Program-made: the position numbers and the translations under genes
Shown here: positions 1-10,113 of the stretch, one piece after another
Layout of the letters: each line of letters opens with the position of its first letter
Position numbering within the stretch: the stretch's first letter is position 1
Assembly (NCBI GenBank): GCA_041640635.1
Contig: JBEPZX010000003.1
Location: forward strand, 1 to 64,000
Reading direction: 5' to 3'
Origin: Aquificaceae bacterium
GTDB taxonomy: Bacteria; Aquificota; Aquificia; Aquificales; Aquificaceae
DNA: 64,000 bases
Notes under the pieces: generated by a model
What the model was told of the DNA's origin: nothing
The model's input: only the letters and a program-made list of their open reading frames with translations
The model's database searches: none

Positions 1-10
1 GGGTAAAACT

Positions 11-307
11 ATGCCAATATACGTAATGCTAACTACTTTGACGGATGAAGGTATGAAAACGCTAAAGCACAAGCCAGAAAGAATAAAGGAAGTGGATAAG
101 GAAGTTATGGAGCGCTTTGGGGTCAAAATACTAGCCCAGTATATGGTAATGGGACCTTATGACTTTGTAAACATTTTAGAAGCTCCAGATAATGATACTA
201 TAGTTAAGCTAGCAGTAGAATTGGGTTCTAGGGGCACCATAAGAACCCTTACCATGCCGGCTATTGATGTGGATAAAGTGATAGAGGATATTAAGGGGAT
301 TCAATGA
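11..307 (+). CDS. GYD domain-containing protein
   Basis: 98 aa; MPIYVMLTTLTDEG...MGPYDFVNILEAPD...GTIRTLT matches the GYD-family pattern. Confidence 0.8.
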   Translation: MPIYVMLTTLTDEGMKTLKHKPERIKEVDKEVMERFGVKILAQYMVMGPYDFVNILEAPDNDTIVKLAVELGSRGTIRTLTMPAIDVDKVIEDIKGIQ

Positions 308-660
308 AGGAGCTTGAAGAGCTCATAAGGTTATTTAACTACATAACCACCAAATACATGGATTTCCAGTGGTCCAAAAGTAGAGACGACCTGATAAGCA
401 AGACTATAAAGGCTTTACGTGCTTTTAATGAAGGTAAAACCTTGGAAGAAGTAAAAAACAATAAAGAGATATCTTTCCAAATAGAGGACTCACTGGAAAC
501 CCTTAAAAAATTCTCTTCCGAACATCCTAATGTGGTAGAAAAACTCATAAAAGCCCTGAGTATATACCTAAAGTCACCTGCACCTTGCAAAACTAGATTA
601 ATATCTCTGATGGAGGTATTTCTTGAGGATATGGCATCTACTAAGAAGCACTCCTTTTAG
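304..660 (+). CDS. hypothetical protein
   Basis: 118 aa ORF with ATGA overlap to the upstream gene; no motif recognised. Confidence 0.65.
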   Translation: MKELEELIRLFNYITTKYMDFQWSKSRDDLISKTIKALRAFNEGKTLEEVKNNKEISFQIEDSLETLKKFSSEHPNVVEKLIKALSIYLKSPAPCKTRLISLMEVFLEDMASTKKHSF

Positions 661-1504
661 CGTCTCCTTTGAGTTTTTTCCACCAAAGGATGAAGAAGGA
701 CAAAAACAGTTACTTAACACACTGAATGATCTGACTGAGCTACGTCCTACTTTTGTATCGGTTACTTACGGAGCAGGTGGGTCTACCAGAGAGAGAACGA
801 GAGACCTAGTTTACAAGATACACAAAGATTATAAGCTCACCGTTATGGCACACCTTACATGCATCGCGCACACAAAAGAGGAACTTTTGGAAATAATAGC
901 TCAGTACAGAGAGATGGGTATAGAGAACATATTGGCTCTTCGTGGTGATATGCCAAAAGATATTAGGAAGGATTATCAACCAGCTTGCTCTTATGCATAT
1001 GAACTTGTAAAGCTTATAAGGGACAACTTTGGCGAAAGTTTTAGCATAGGAGTAGCCTCTTATCCAGAGGGACATCCAGAGTCTCCAAATATGGAGTGGG
1101 AACTGAAATTCTTTAAAAAGAAGGTTTTAGCGGGTGCTGATTTTTCTATTACTCAGATGTTCTTTGATAATAGCTACTATTACCAATTTGTGGAACTTTG
1201 CTACAAAGAAGGAATCCATATTCCTATAATACCTGGTATAATGCCCATAACTAACTTTAAGCAGATTACCAAGTTTGCTCAAATGTGCGGTGCTACTATT
1301 CCTCAACACCTGATCGAGAAACTAGAGCCTTACCAAGATTCACCTCAAGACGTGGAAAAGATGGGTATAGAGCTTGCTATAAAGCAGTGTGAGGACCTTA
1401 TATCCAACAACGTTAAAGGTTTACACTTCTACACTTTAAACAAATCAAAAGCTACCATAGAAATATACAAAGCTATAAAAGACCTCATTCCTGCAAAAGT
1501 TTAG
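623..1504 (+). CDS. metF: 5,10-methylenetetrahydrofolate reductase
   Basis: [40 protein letters not shown] and LHFYTLN motifs; TTG start. Confidence 0.96.
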   Translation: MRIWHLLRSTPFSVSFEFFPPKDEEGQKQLLNTLNDLTELRPTFVSVTYGAGGSTRERTRDLVYKIHKDYKLTVMAHLTCIAHTKEELLEIIAQYREMGIENILALRGDMPKDIRKDYQPACSYAYELVKLIRDNFGESFSIGVASYPEGHPESPNMEWELKFFKKKVLAGADFSITQMFFDNSYYYQFVELCYKEGIHIPIIPGIMPITNFKQITKFAQMCGATIPQHLIEKLEPYQDSPQDVEKMGIELAIKQCEDLISNNVKGLHFYTLNKSKATIEIYKAIKDLIPAKV

Positions 1505-1506
1505 TT

Positions 1507-2256
1507 ATGGAATTTTTGCGTCTATTGTTTGCCTTCTTGATTGGAGCCGTTTTAGGAAGTTTTTACAACGTGGTAATACATCGCTTGAAGCTTGGTATGT
1601 CCATAGTGTATCCACCTTCGCACTGCCCTAGTTGCAAAACTCCCATAAGGTGGTACGACAATATTCCTATAATTTCTTACTTTATTCTTCGAGGCAAGTG
1701 TAGATACTGCGGAGCAAAAATTAGTCTAAGGTATCCCGTTGTGGAGATTTTGAGCGCCCTTTTGGCTGTCTTTTGCATACTAAGGTGGGATGTTACCTTT
1801 CAGACTTTCGTTTTTTTTGTGTTTTTTTCCATACTCTTGATACTCTCAGTTATCGATTGGGATACTTTCGAGCTACCGGATAGTTTAACACTAGGTGGTT
1901 TAGCCTTTGGTCTAGCCACGAGCATCTTCAGACAGGATTTTGGTATAAAGGACTCACTAATTGGAGCTTCTGTAGGTGGCATTTTCTTTTTGCTCATATA
2001 CTTGTATTACGTCAGAATAAGAAAATTTGAGGGGCTTGGTTTTGGAGATGTGAAGCTTTTGGCTTTTATCGGTTCAGTCACAGGTGTAAAAGGCGTTTTT
2101 TTTAGCGTATTTGTTGGTTCAGTTATTGGACTTTTGTGGATGTTGCCAATAATTCTAAAAAACAGAAATCTACAGTTTGCTATACCTTACGGTCCCTTTA
2201 TATCTATAGGATGTTTTCTTGGAGTAATATTGAACTTAGATAAGATTTTCTTATAA
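1507..2256 (+). CDS. pilD: type IV prepilin peptidase (A24 family)
   Basis: GSFYNVVIHR, two CxxC pairs (SHCPSC, GKCRYC), IDW, GFGDVKL and PYGPF motifs. Confidence 0.93.
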   Translation: MEFLRLLFAFLIGAVLGSFYNVVIHRLKLGMSIVYPPSHCPSCKTPIRWYDNIPIISYFILRGKCRYCGAKISLRYPVVEILSALLAVFCILRWDVTFQTFVFFVFFSILLILSVIDWDTFELPDSLTLGGLAFGLATSIFRQDFGIKDSLIGASVGGIFFLLIYLYYVRIRKFEGLGFGDVKLLAFIGSVTGVKGVFFSVFVGSVIGLLWMLPIILKNRNLQFAIPYGPFISIGCFLGVILNLDKIFL

Positions 2257-2265
2257 TATGCTTCT

Positions 2266-2631
2266 ATGAAAGTGGATAAGATGGAGAGAAAACTTCAAAC
2301 GCACTACAAAGATGTAAACCCTATAGAGCTAAAAAAATTACTGGAAAGAAAGTTAAGCACGGTCAGTCCTACTATGGAATATGTGAGAAATCTTGTCTTG
2401 GACCTAAAAATGTTTATGAGGATTCTAATAGATGAAGATTTTGACCTAAACGATGAGGCAAGAAAAGATTTTGTGAGCGCCATACTCGCCTTTGTAGAGA
2501 AAAAAAGAGTGATTCCAATAATTGGTTATTGGGATGTGTATAAGCTGGTCTCTTACGTAAAGGGTAAGCACAAATCGGAAATAGACAGATACTTTTCTCA
2601 AGTGAAGCACTACATTGCCAACTACATGTAA
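2266..2631 (+). CDS. hypothetical protein (weak YkvA/DUF1232-like IPIIGYWD motif)
   Basis: 121 aa ORF; TATAAT at 2252-2257 upstream. Confidence 0.6.
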   Translation: MKVDKMERKLQTHYKDVNPIELKKLLERKLSTVSPTMEYVRNLVLDLKMFMRILIDEDFDLNDEARKDFVSAILAFVEKKRVIPIIGYWDVYKLVSYVKGKHKSEIDRYFSQVKHYIANYM

Positions 2632-3602
2632 TGTTTAGATACCTGCTTATAAGAGTCCTTCAAGCCGTTCCTACTCTTTTGGGAGTAACTTTTCTTTCCT
2701 TTTTGATAATAAAGCTTGCTCCCGGTGATTACCTGGACCAATTGCGGCTAAACCCTCAGATATCCCAAGAGACCATAGAAGAGCTAAAGAGACAGTATGG
2801 ACTGGACAAGCCCCTGATAGTTCAGTATTTAAGTTGGTTAAAGTCCGCTCTTTTTTTTGATTTGGGATACTCCTTTCAGTATCAAACCCCTGTAACACAG
2901 CTAATAGGTGAAAGGATTGGTAACACTCTGCTTTTGACTGTTTCGTCCGCCGTTCTGTCGTGGATTTTAGCTTTTATTTTGGGGTTTTTGGCGGGTTACA
3001 AAGAAGATACCCTTTGGGATAGGATTATAAAGGTTTACGCTTACACCTTTATGTCCTTCCCATCCTTCTTTTTGGCTTTCATCCTTTTGCTTTTTGCTTC
3101 TAAGTCTGGTTTGTTGCCTGTTGGTGGGATTCACAGTCCCAACTTTGAGAGCATGAGCTTGGTAGAAAAGATTTGGGATTTGATTAAGCACATGGTCGTT
3201 CCTGTTCTTACCTTAGTTTTGGTTTCTACCGCAAGCCTTACACGGCTTGTGAGAAGTAGCGTGATAGAGGTTCTAAATAGCCCTATGGTTACTATGCTGA
3301 AAGCAAAGGGAGCTACAAACTGGATTATATTTAAACACGTTTTCAAAAATGCTCTAAATCCCTTTGTTACCTTGGTAGGATACGAAATAGCGGGATTGCT
3401 TTCAGGAGCGGCTCTGATAGAGATTATTGTTGATTGGCCAGGGTTGGGGTCTTTGATGCTGGAAGCTGTTTTGGCTCAGGACCTTTTTTTGGTGATGGGA
3501 GGGTTATACATTGGAACCATTATGCTAATTGTGGGGAATTTAATAGCTGATGTTCTGTTGGCTTTAATAGACCCAAGGGTGAGAGAAAAGGAGGTGTTAT
3601 AA
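2631..3602 (+). CDS. peptide/nickel ABC transporter permease (OppB/DppB family)
   Basis: APGD..., YGLDKPLIVQY, DLGYS, AKG, KHVFKNAL and IEIIVDWPGLG motifs. Confidence 0.92.
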   Translation: MFRYLLIRVLQAVPTLLGVTFLSFLIIKLAPGDYLDQLRLNPQISQETIEELKRQYGLDKPLIVQYLSWLKSALFFDLGYSFQYQTPVTQLIGERIGNTLLLTVSSAVLSWILAFILGFLAGYKEDTLWDRIIKVYAYTFMSFPSFFLAFILLLFASKSGLLPVGGIHSPNFESMSLVEKIWDLIKHMVVPVLTLVLVSTASLTRLVRSSVIEVLNSPMVTMLKAKGATNWIIFKHVFKNALNPFVTLVGYEIAGLLSGAALIEIIVDWPGLGSLMLEAVLAQDLFLVMGGLYIGTIMLIVGNLIADVLLALIDPRVREKEVL

Positions 3603-3609
3603 TTTATCC

Positions 3610-4113
3610 ATGGTTTACAGAGGAAGGGTTTGGAAGTTTGGAGACAACGTGGATACGGACCAAATTATACCTGCAAGGTATCTGAACACAACGGATCCTA
3701 ATGAGCTTGCAAGTCATGTTATGGAAGACTCAGAGCACCCTAACTTTGCCAGAGAGCACCAAAGTGGTGATATTATAGTGGCGGGTAGAAACTTTGGTTC
3801 AGGCTCCTCAAGGGAACATGCACCTATAGCCATAAAGTATGCAAACGTGCCTGTTGTTGTAGCCAAATCCTTTGCACGCATATTCTTTAGAAACGCCATA
3901 AACATAGGTCTGCCTATAGTGGAAGCTCCAGATGCTGTGGATGAAATAAACCACGGTGACACAATAGAAGTAGACATAACAGAAGGTGTGATAAGAAACT
4001 TAACCACAGGAAAAGAATACAAAGCTACCAAGTTTCCAGAAACTATTCAAGCCATCCTTAAAGCTGGTGGACTTATGGAGTATGCTAGAGAGAAGCTAAA
4101 AGGGGATGCTTAA
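3610..4113 (+). CDS. leuD: 3-isopropylmalate dehydratase small subunit
   Basis: DNVDTDQIIPARYL, NFGSGSSREHA and SFARIFFRNAINIGL motifs. Confidence 0.95.
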   Translation: MVYRGRVWKFGDNVDTDQIIPARYLNTTDPNELASHVMEDSEHPNFAREHQSGDIIVAGRNFGSGSSREHAPIAIKYANVPVVVAKSFARIFFRNAINIGLPIVEAPDAVDEINHGDTIEVDITEGVIRNLTTGKEYKATKFPETIQAILKAGGLMEYAREKLKGDA

Positions 4114-4648
4114 AGATAAGTTGAGAAAATTAATCAAAGAGAGGTCACTGAAGGTATCCAACGAACCCATATTCAAGCTATCATCGGGAAAACTTAGCAG
4201 GTATTACATAGACCTCAAACAGGTTACCTTAGACCCAGAAGGTAGTTTTTTGGTAGGAAAGTTGATGTATGAACTTATAAAGGACTTTGGTGTGGTGGGA
4301 GCTGGAGGCTTGACCCTTGGCGCTGACCCCATAGCCTACGCCGTATCCTTTATCTCCTACATGGACTCAAACCCAATAAAACCTTTTATAGTGAGAAAGG
4401 AGCCAAAAGGTCACGGAACAGGCAAACAGATAGAGGGACTCTTAAACAAAGGTGAAAAAGTAGCTGTTTTGGAGGATGTGGTGACTACCGCTAGCTCTTC
4501 CTTAAAGGCTGTAAGCGTATGTCAAAGAGAAGGCTTAGAAGTGGTTGGGGTGTTCTGCGTGGTGGACAGAGAGGAAGGTGGAAAGGAAAACATACAGTCC
4601 TTGGGATTGGAGCTTTACTCCCTTTTTAAGCTCTCGGACTTGCTGTGA
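4106..4648 (+). CDS. pyrE: orotate phosphoribosyltransferase
   Basis: FKLSSGKLSRYYID, RKEPKGHG and PRPP motif VLEDVVTT. Confidence 0.95.
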   Translation: MLKDKLRKLIKERSLKVSNEPIFKLSSGKLSRYYIDLKQVTLDPEGSFLVGKLMYELIKDFGVVGAGGLTLGADPIAYAVSFISYMDSNPIKPFIVRKEPKGHGTGKQIEGLLNKGEKVAVLEDVVTTASSSLKAVSVCQREGLEVVGVFCVVDREEGGKENIQSLGLELYSLFKLSDLL

Positions 4649-5364
4649 TTTTCAATGCACTGATTTTGTTTTTGGCTACTGCCATAGGAAGCGCTTTAAT
4701 CCTCTTTTGGAAAAGACCCTTTAGCTACAGAGTTGCCCTTTCCTTTTCCGGTGGAGTTATGCTTGTAGCTTCCTTTTTGAGTTTAATAGTTCCCGCTATA
4801 GAAAGTGGGGGCTTTTTGCTTGCAGCTACGGGCATTTTTTTGGGATTTGTTTTCCTCGGCATTTTAGAAAATCTCTTTCCACACGAGCACATTTTGAAGG
4901 GTTACGAAGGTATATTTTCATTGCACACCATCAAAAAGTTATACCTTATAACCATAGGTGTAGTTATTCACAACATACCAGAGGGCTTAAGTGTAGGCAT
5001 AGCTACAGCTCACTCAAAGGATCTAGGTTTTGACTTAGCGATAGCAATGGGAGTTCAGGACATACCTGAGGGATTGATAGTGAGTTTAACTCTTTACTCT
5101 ATGAAGATGTCTTTAGCAGTACCTATAATCGTAGGTGTATTAAGTGGTTTAGTGGAGTCACTTTCTGCACTTTTTGGGTATATAGCCTTTGAACTAGTGA
5201 AGGATTTAATATCTCTTGGGCTTGGCTTTGGTGGTGGTGCAATGATTTACGTAACTGTAAAAGAAGTCTTTCCTGAGATTTACACTCAATCAAACAATCA
5301 CCTAAAAATAACCCTCGGATTTCTTTTGGGTTTTATGCTTATGCTCTTTTTAGAGACTATGTAA
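4645..5364 (+). CDS. ZIP family metal transporter (GufA-like)
   Basis: GVMLVASF, HNIPEGLSVG, QDIPEG and GAMIYV motifs; multiple TM segments. Confidence 0.9.
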   Translation: MIFNALILFLATAIGSALILFWKRPFSYRVALSFSGGVMLVASFLSLIVPAIESGGFLLAATGIFLGFVFLGILENLFPHEHILKGYEGIFSLHTIKKLYLITIGVVIHNIPEGLSVGIATAHSKDLGFDLAIAMGVQDIPEGLIVSLTLYSMKMSLAVPIIVGVLSGLVESLSALFGYIAFELVKDLISLGLGFGGGAMIYVTVKEVFPEIYTQSNNHLKITLGFLLGFMLMLFLETM

Positions 5365-5479
5365 ACATGTGAAATAGATTAAGCAACTCAAATGTTTTTG
5401 CATAAAAGCAATGGGAGCTCTTAAATAAATATTTCCAAAAACCACTACCAAGCGAATTACGGTGTTAAAATATTTGTCC

Positions 5480-6079
5480 ATGCATTACGATGTAGCAATA
5501 GTAGGTGGAGGCGCAAGTGGTCTATCGTGTGCTTTAACTTTAGCCTCAGCTCAAGGTAGAGGATGGCAATGGGCTGAAGGAAGAAAGTATATCCTCTTTG
5601 ACAAAGACAGCTCAGACCTCAAAAAAGCCTACCTAAGGAATGTGCCTGGAGTAACAGAGACTCAAGGAGAAGAATTGTTGCAAACTATACGTGAGCAAAT
5701 TAACCAGTGGGGTGGTGTAGAATTTGTGGACAAAAAGGTTACCAAAATAGAGAAAACGGAAAGCGGTTACAAAGTTACGTGCGAAGACGGCTCGAGCATA
5801 GAAGCAACTTACGTGGTTCTTGCAACTGGTTTTCACTCCTTTGACATTCAAGGACTCCAGTTGGAAGTGGTGGAAAATCCCAAATCGCCAAAACCTGGAA
5901 GGGTGATGATACTTCACAAAGATTACGAGGCTTTACCAAACTTGTTTGTGGCTGGTACATTGGCAGGTCTTAGCTCTCACTTTACATCCTGTGCTGGCTC
6001 TGGAGTAGAGATAGCCACAGAGATACTTTCACGAATGGTTGGTAAACGCATAGTTATACACGACGTGCCACAATCTTGA
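5480..6079 (+). CDS. FAD-dependent oxidoreductase (short thioredoxin-reductase-like, FAD domain only)
   Basis: DVAIVGGGASG, VLATG and LFVAG motifs; ATG 5480 preferred over GTG 5462 because TGTTAAAAT lies at 5463-5471. Confidence 0.8.
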   Translation: MHYDVAIVGGGASGLSCALTLASAQGRGWQWAEGRKYILFDKDSSDLKKAYLRNVPGVTETQGEELLQTIREQINQWGGVEFVDKKVTKIEKTESGYKVTCEDGSSIEATYVVLATGFHSFDIQGLQLEVVENPKSPKPGRVMILHKDYEALPNLFVAGTLAGLSSHFTSCAGSGVEIATEILSRMVGKRIVIHDVPQS

Positions 6080-6927
6080 AAAGAACTCTAATAGCTTTCT
6101 TATTAACTTTTGTTTTCCTCCTTGCCTTTTTTTTATACGTGCCAATACAGGAGCTAAAAGAGAAGTTTTTTTCACTAAATCCCTTCAACTTGATGCTTGC
6201 CTTTTTTTTGTATACAGCAAGTCAGTTAGTTAGGGCTTTTAGGTGGAAAGTCCTAATACAGAACTTAACACTAAAGGATGCTTTCCTTATAAATAGCGTA
6301 AATATTCTCTTTAACAATGTTCTACCTGCTAGGACAGGAGAGCTAAGTTGGTTTTATTATGCCGGCAAACTAAGAGTCAGCATAAAAGTTTCTCTGTGGT
6401 CTTTCTTTGTGGGAAAGCTTTATGACTTAATCGCTTTGCTCTTTTTTGGCTTGCTAAGTATGTACATAGCTTACAGAAATCCTTACTTCTTAGTTTTTGT
6501 AGTGCTTGCATTGCTTGGTGCATTACTCTTTGGAAAGATGCATGTGTTTATTCCAGAGTGGAAAAGATTAAAAGACTTAAGAGATTTTGTAAAGGAAAAA
6601 GTAAGTTTAACTCTGTCCACGAAGCTCATGCTTTTTTCTTCCTCTTCTGTGCTTTTTAAGTTTTTGGCTATATACATATTGATAGGCGGTGAGTTTGTAA
6701 AAATTTTTTTAGGTTTTAGCGCTGGAGAGTTAAGCAGCATAATGCCAATACATAACTTTATGGGATATGGTACATACGAGGTCAGTTTTTCTTTGCCCCT
6801 AAAAGTTTTTGGAGATTCCATCAAGGATGCTTTAATTGATGCTTTCTTGGTTCATAACTTTCTGTTGCTTTCTTCTTTCATACTGGGCATACCTTCACTC
6901 TTGCTTTTGCACCTGACAAAGCATTAA
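6076..6927 (+). CDS. lysylphosphatidylglycerol-synthase TM / flippase-like membrane protein (UPF0104)
   Basis: RAFRWKVL, NNVLPARTGE and GYGTYE motifs; hydrophobic. Confidence 0.85.
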   Translation: MKRTLIAFLLTFVFLLAFFLYVPIQELKEKFFSLNPFNLMLAFFLYTASQLVRAFRWKVLIQNLTLKDAFLINSVNILFNNVLPARTGELSWFYYAGKLRVSIKVSLWSFFVGKLYDLIALLFFGLLSMYIAYRNPYFLVFVVLALLGALLFGKMHVFIPEWKRLKDLRDFVKEKVSLTLSTKLMLFSSSSVLFKFLAIYILIGGEFVKIFLGFSAGELSSIMPIHNFMGYGTYEVSFSLPLKVFGDSIKDALIDAFLVHNFLLLSSFILGIPSLLLLHLTKH

Positions 6928-6957
6928 GCTATCCTTATATGCTAAGATATTTGTATT

Positions 6958-8175
6958 ATGAAGATAGCTTTCTTAAAAACTGGACAAGAAGAGGGTGTAG
7001 GACGCCATATACTAGCTCTACTTAAAGCTTTCAAGGAACGTGGACACGACGTTTTAGAAGTTGACTTAAGGGAAGGGGATATAAGAAGAAACGTGGAAAG
7101 TCTTTCTAATTTTGGACCACAATTTGTGATGGATATAAACTCCACAGGATTTATAGTAGGGCAGCAAGAGAATGGAGAAAAGGTACCTTTATGCGATGCT
7201 ATGGGCTTTGCCCATGTGAGTATATTTACAGATGAGCCCTTGTTTTATTTTTCATCTATAATCGATGCTACAAGAGCCAACAATTTTCTTCCTATTGTTT
7301 GTGACCTTAAGTATGCAGACACGCTTAGGTTTTTGGGAAACGATAAAGGGTACTTCTACATAACACCTTTTATTGACAAGGCTCAAATGGTACCAACAAC
7401 AAAGGAAAAAGAAATAAACGTAGCTTTTCTTGGACCTGTTATAGATCCGGATATTGTAGCACAGAGCATATTGAGAAGCATTAAAGAGAAGTTTGCGCCT
7501 TTATTTTTCGAAGTAGGGGACTTTTTATTTAGAAACCCAGAAGCCCATCTGCTTTATGCTTTCGATTACATTTTTTCCATGTTCAATCAAACTCTGCAAG
7601 AAGAACTTCTAAAGTGGCGTCAAGAAAACCCTGAGGAGTTTTTGAGGTTTCTAAATGACATATCCGCATATGCTACGGCGAAAAAGAGGTGGTACATCAT
7701 CAACTTTTTGGATGGTTTGGAAGTAAAGATTATTGGAAAGGTAGAGGGTGAGCTGCCAGAAGGACATGAAGAGATCTTGGTAAATAATGTTCAAGATTTG
7801 TTAAATGTGTACAGCAGATCCAGACTTAGTATATTGGTTTATCCACACAATGTACCTACCGGTATAGGATTCTCTCCTTTAGAAGCATGCTATATGGGAA
7901 GTGCAGCTATGGTGGATTACCGTGCTACGCTTCCAGGCTTTTTGTTGCCAGGGCAAGAAATTATAACCTTTTTACCCATAGACAGAGCGGATATTGAAGA
8001 AAAAATTCTCTACTACCTGGACAACACCAAAGAACTTGAGGAGATAGCATCAAACGGACAGCAAAAGGTAATGCAAAGGTACACATATGAAGATAGAGCT
8101 GAGTTTATAATAGGCTTATTTGAAGACATACTGCAACAATCGGTAAATGCCAGTAGGGACAGGAACAGCGGTTAA
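6958..8175 (+). CDS. glycosyltransferase-like protein (CgeB family)
   Basis: C-terminal EACYMG...EKILYYLDN...IASNGQQKV..YTYEDRA GT-B pattern. Confidence 0.7.
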   Translation: MKIAFLKTGQEEGVGRHILALLKAFKERGHDVLEVDLREGDIRRNVESLSNFGPQFVMDINSTGFIVGQQENGEKVPLCDAMGFAHVSIFTDEPLFYFSSIIDATRANNFLPIVCDLKYADTLRFLGNDKGYFYITPFIDKAQMVPTTKEKEINVAFLGPVIDPDIVAQSILRSIKEKFAPLFFEVGDFLFRNPEAHLLYAFDYIFSMFNQTLQEELLKWRQENPEEFLRFLNDISAYATAKKRWYIINFLDGLEVKIIGKVEGELPEGHEEILVNNVQDLLNVYSRSRLSILVYPHNVPTGIGFSPLEACYMGSAAMVDYRATLPGFLLPGQEIITFLPIDRADIEEKILYYLDNTKELEEIASNGQQKVMQRYTYEDRAEFIIGLFEDILQQSVNASRDRNSG

Positions 8176-8800
8176 TTTCATCCTAGTTCTAATAGGGTCT
8201 TACCTTGGTATTAGATTTGGTTCATTCATACCGGATCGTATAAGGGAGGCTATAGTACACTCAATAGCAATCTTTACTATACTTTTGGGGATCCATCTCA
8301 TCATAGACCATAAAGCTCAAATGATAAAGGTTTTCTCTATACTCATTGTAGGAACCTTTTTAGGGTATACGTTAAAAATTCAAGAAAGATTGGAAACTTT
8401 GGTATCTAACAGTAAAAACTTTGTCAGTGCTTTTTTAACAGCCTCTGCCCTCTTTAGCATAGGACCTATGACCCTCATGGGATGCATACTGGAAGCTACA
8501 AAGGGAGATAGCTCTTTACTTATATCAAAAAGTCTAATGGATGGTACTACATCTGTATTTTTAGCATCCTTAATGGGAAAGGGAGTAATGGCTTCCAGCT
8601 TTTTTGTACTTTTTTATCAAGGATTTATAACGGCTCTTGCGTACTTTTTTGGTGATTTTTTAAATCCTAGCTCCCTAAGTAACGCCATGTTTATAGGCGG
8701 TGGTATATTAATAGTTATAGGTTTTCAAATATTAGGTATGCTGAAAGAGGTAAGGACCTTAAATATTTTTCCTACTTTCTTAATTGCTATTTTTGTTTAA
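8147..8800 (+). CDS. DUF554 family membrane protein
   Basis: GTAVN, IGPMTLMG, KSLMDG and YQGFIT motifs. Confidence 0.85.
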   Translation: MPVGTGTAVNFILVLIGSYLGIRFGSFIPDRIREAIVHSIAIFTILLGIHLIIDHKAQMIKVFSILIVGTFLGYTLKIQERLETLVSNSKNFVSAFLTASALFSIGPMTLMGCILEATKGDSSLLISKSLMDGTTSVFLASLMGKGVMASSFFVLFYQGFITALAYFFGDFLNPSSLSNAMFIGGGILIVIGFQILGMLKEVRTLNIFPTFLIAIFV

Positions 8801-8810
8801 AATTTCTCAG

Positions 8811-10112
8811 ATGATTGACCTCTTAATTGTTGGAAGACCTAACGTAGGAAAGTCTACATTTTTTAACAGGATTGTAAAAAAAAGGAAAAGTATCGTTCAC
8901 AATATGCCAGGCGTCACCAGAGATGTGGTTCAAGCGATAGCAGAATGGAAGGGTAAAAAGTTTACAGTTGGGGATACAGGGGGTGTGTTGGAGAGCCAAG
9001 ATCAAATGGCAAAAGCGATAGAGACACACGTAAAAAGGTACTTACAGGATGCCAAAGTTATCATCTTTGTCGTAGATGGCAGAGAAGGTATAACAGCAGC
9101 GGATCTATACATATCTAAGCTTCTTTACCCTTACAAAGATAAGGTTTTTGTTGCTGTTAACAAAATAGATAACAGATCCTTGGAAAAAAACGTGTACGAA
9201 TTTTACTCCCTTGGATTTGACAGGGTGATACCAATTTCGGCACAACACGGTAAAGGAGTAGCCGAACTTTTGGATACCATAGAACCTTTCATAGAAAGTA
9301 CCCAAAAACAGGAGTTGGAAGGCATAAGAATGTGCTTTTTAGGTAGACCCAATGTAGGGAAGTCTTCTCTAGTTAATGCCATTTTGAACGAAGAAAAGGT
9401 TATAGTTTCTCCAGTAGCTGGAACTACCAGAGATGCTATAGAGATACCTTTTGAGTATAACAATCACAACTTTATTTTAGTGGACACGGCAGGTATCAGA
9501 AGGAAATCTCGTGTGGAGTATGGAGTGGAGTTCTTTTCTGTGAACCGTTCGCTAAAGGCTTTGGAAATGGCAGACATTGCTTGTTTGGTTTTGGACATGA
9601 GTGAAGGAATAACCCATCAAGACAAGACCATAGGAAGTTTAATAGCAAGAAGGTACAAAGGCTGTATCATCGTAGCCAACAAGATGGACTTTGTAAAAGT
9701 TAGCTTCAAAGAGGTGGAGAGTTACATAAAAAAGGAACTAAACTTTCTAGATTACGCACCAGTTGTTTACACGGTAGCACCACAAAGAAAAGGTATTCTT
9801 GACATACTAAAGCAGGCTCTAAAGGTCTATAAAGATTACACAAAACAACACAAAACGTCCTTTATTAATAGAGTGTTACAAAAAATAGTGTCTGAAAGCC
9901 CACCACCTAAGCACCAAAGCAAAGAGGTGAAAGTTTACTACTCTATCCAAGAGTCAACTAAACCACCAACTTTTGTTATATTTACCAACTTTGCCGAAGG
10001 CTGGAAAGAAAGCTACAAAAGGTTTCTTACCAAGAAGCTAAGGGAAGCACTCAACATAAAACACGCTCCAATAAAGCTCGTAATAAAGGGAAGAGAGAGG
10101 GAAAAGGTATAG
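8811..10112 (+). CDS. der: ribosome biogenesis GTPase Der (EngA)
   Basis: Two GRPNVGKS P-loops, DTGG/DTAG, NKID/NKMD and KH-like C-terminus; ATG 8811 chosen as start. Confidence 0.97.
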   Translation: MIDLLIVGRPNVGKSTFFNRIVKKRKSIVHNMPGVTRDVVQAIAEWKGKKFTVGDTGGVLESQDQMAKAIETHVKRYLQDAKVIIFVVDGREGITAADLYISKLLYPYKDKVFVAVNKIDNRSLEKNVYEFYSLGFDRVIPISAQHGKGVAELLDTIEPFIESTQKQELEGIRMCFLGRPNVGKSSLVNAILNEEKVIVSPVAGTTRDAIEIPFEYNNHNFILVDTAGIRRKSRVEYGVEFFSVNRSLKALEMADIACLVLDMSEGITHQDKTIGSLIARRYKGCIIVANKMDFVKVSFKEVESYIKKELNFLDYAPVVYTVAPQRKGILDILKQALKVYKDYTKQHKTSFINRVLQKIVSESPPPKHQSKEVKVYYSIQESTKPPTFVIFTNFAEGWKESYKRFLTKKLREALNIKHAPIKLVIKGREREKV

Positions 10113-10113
10113 A

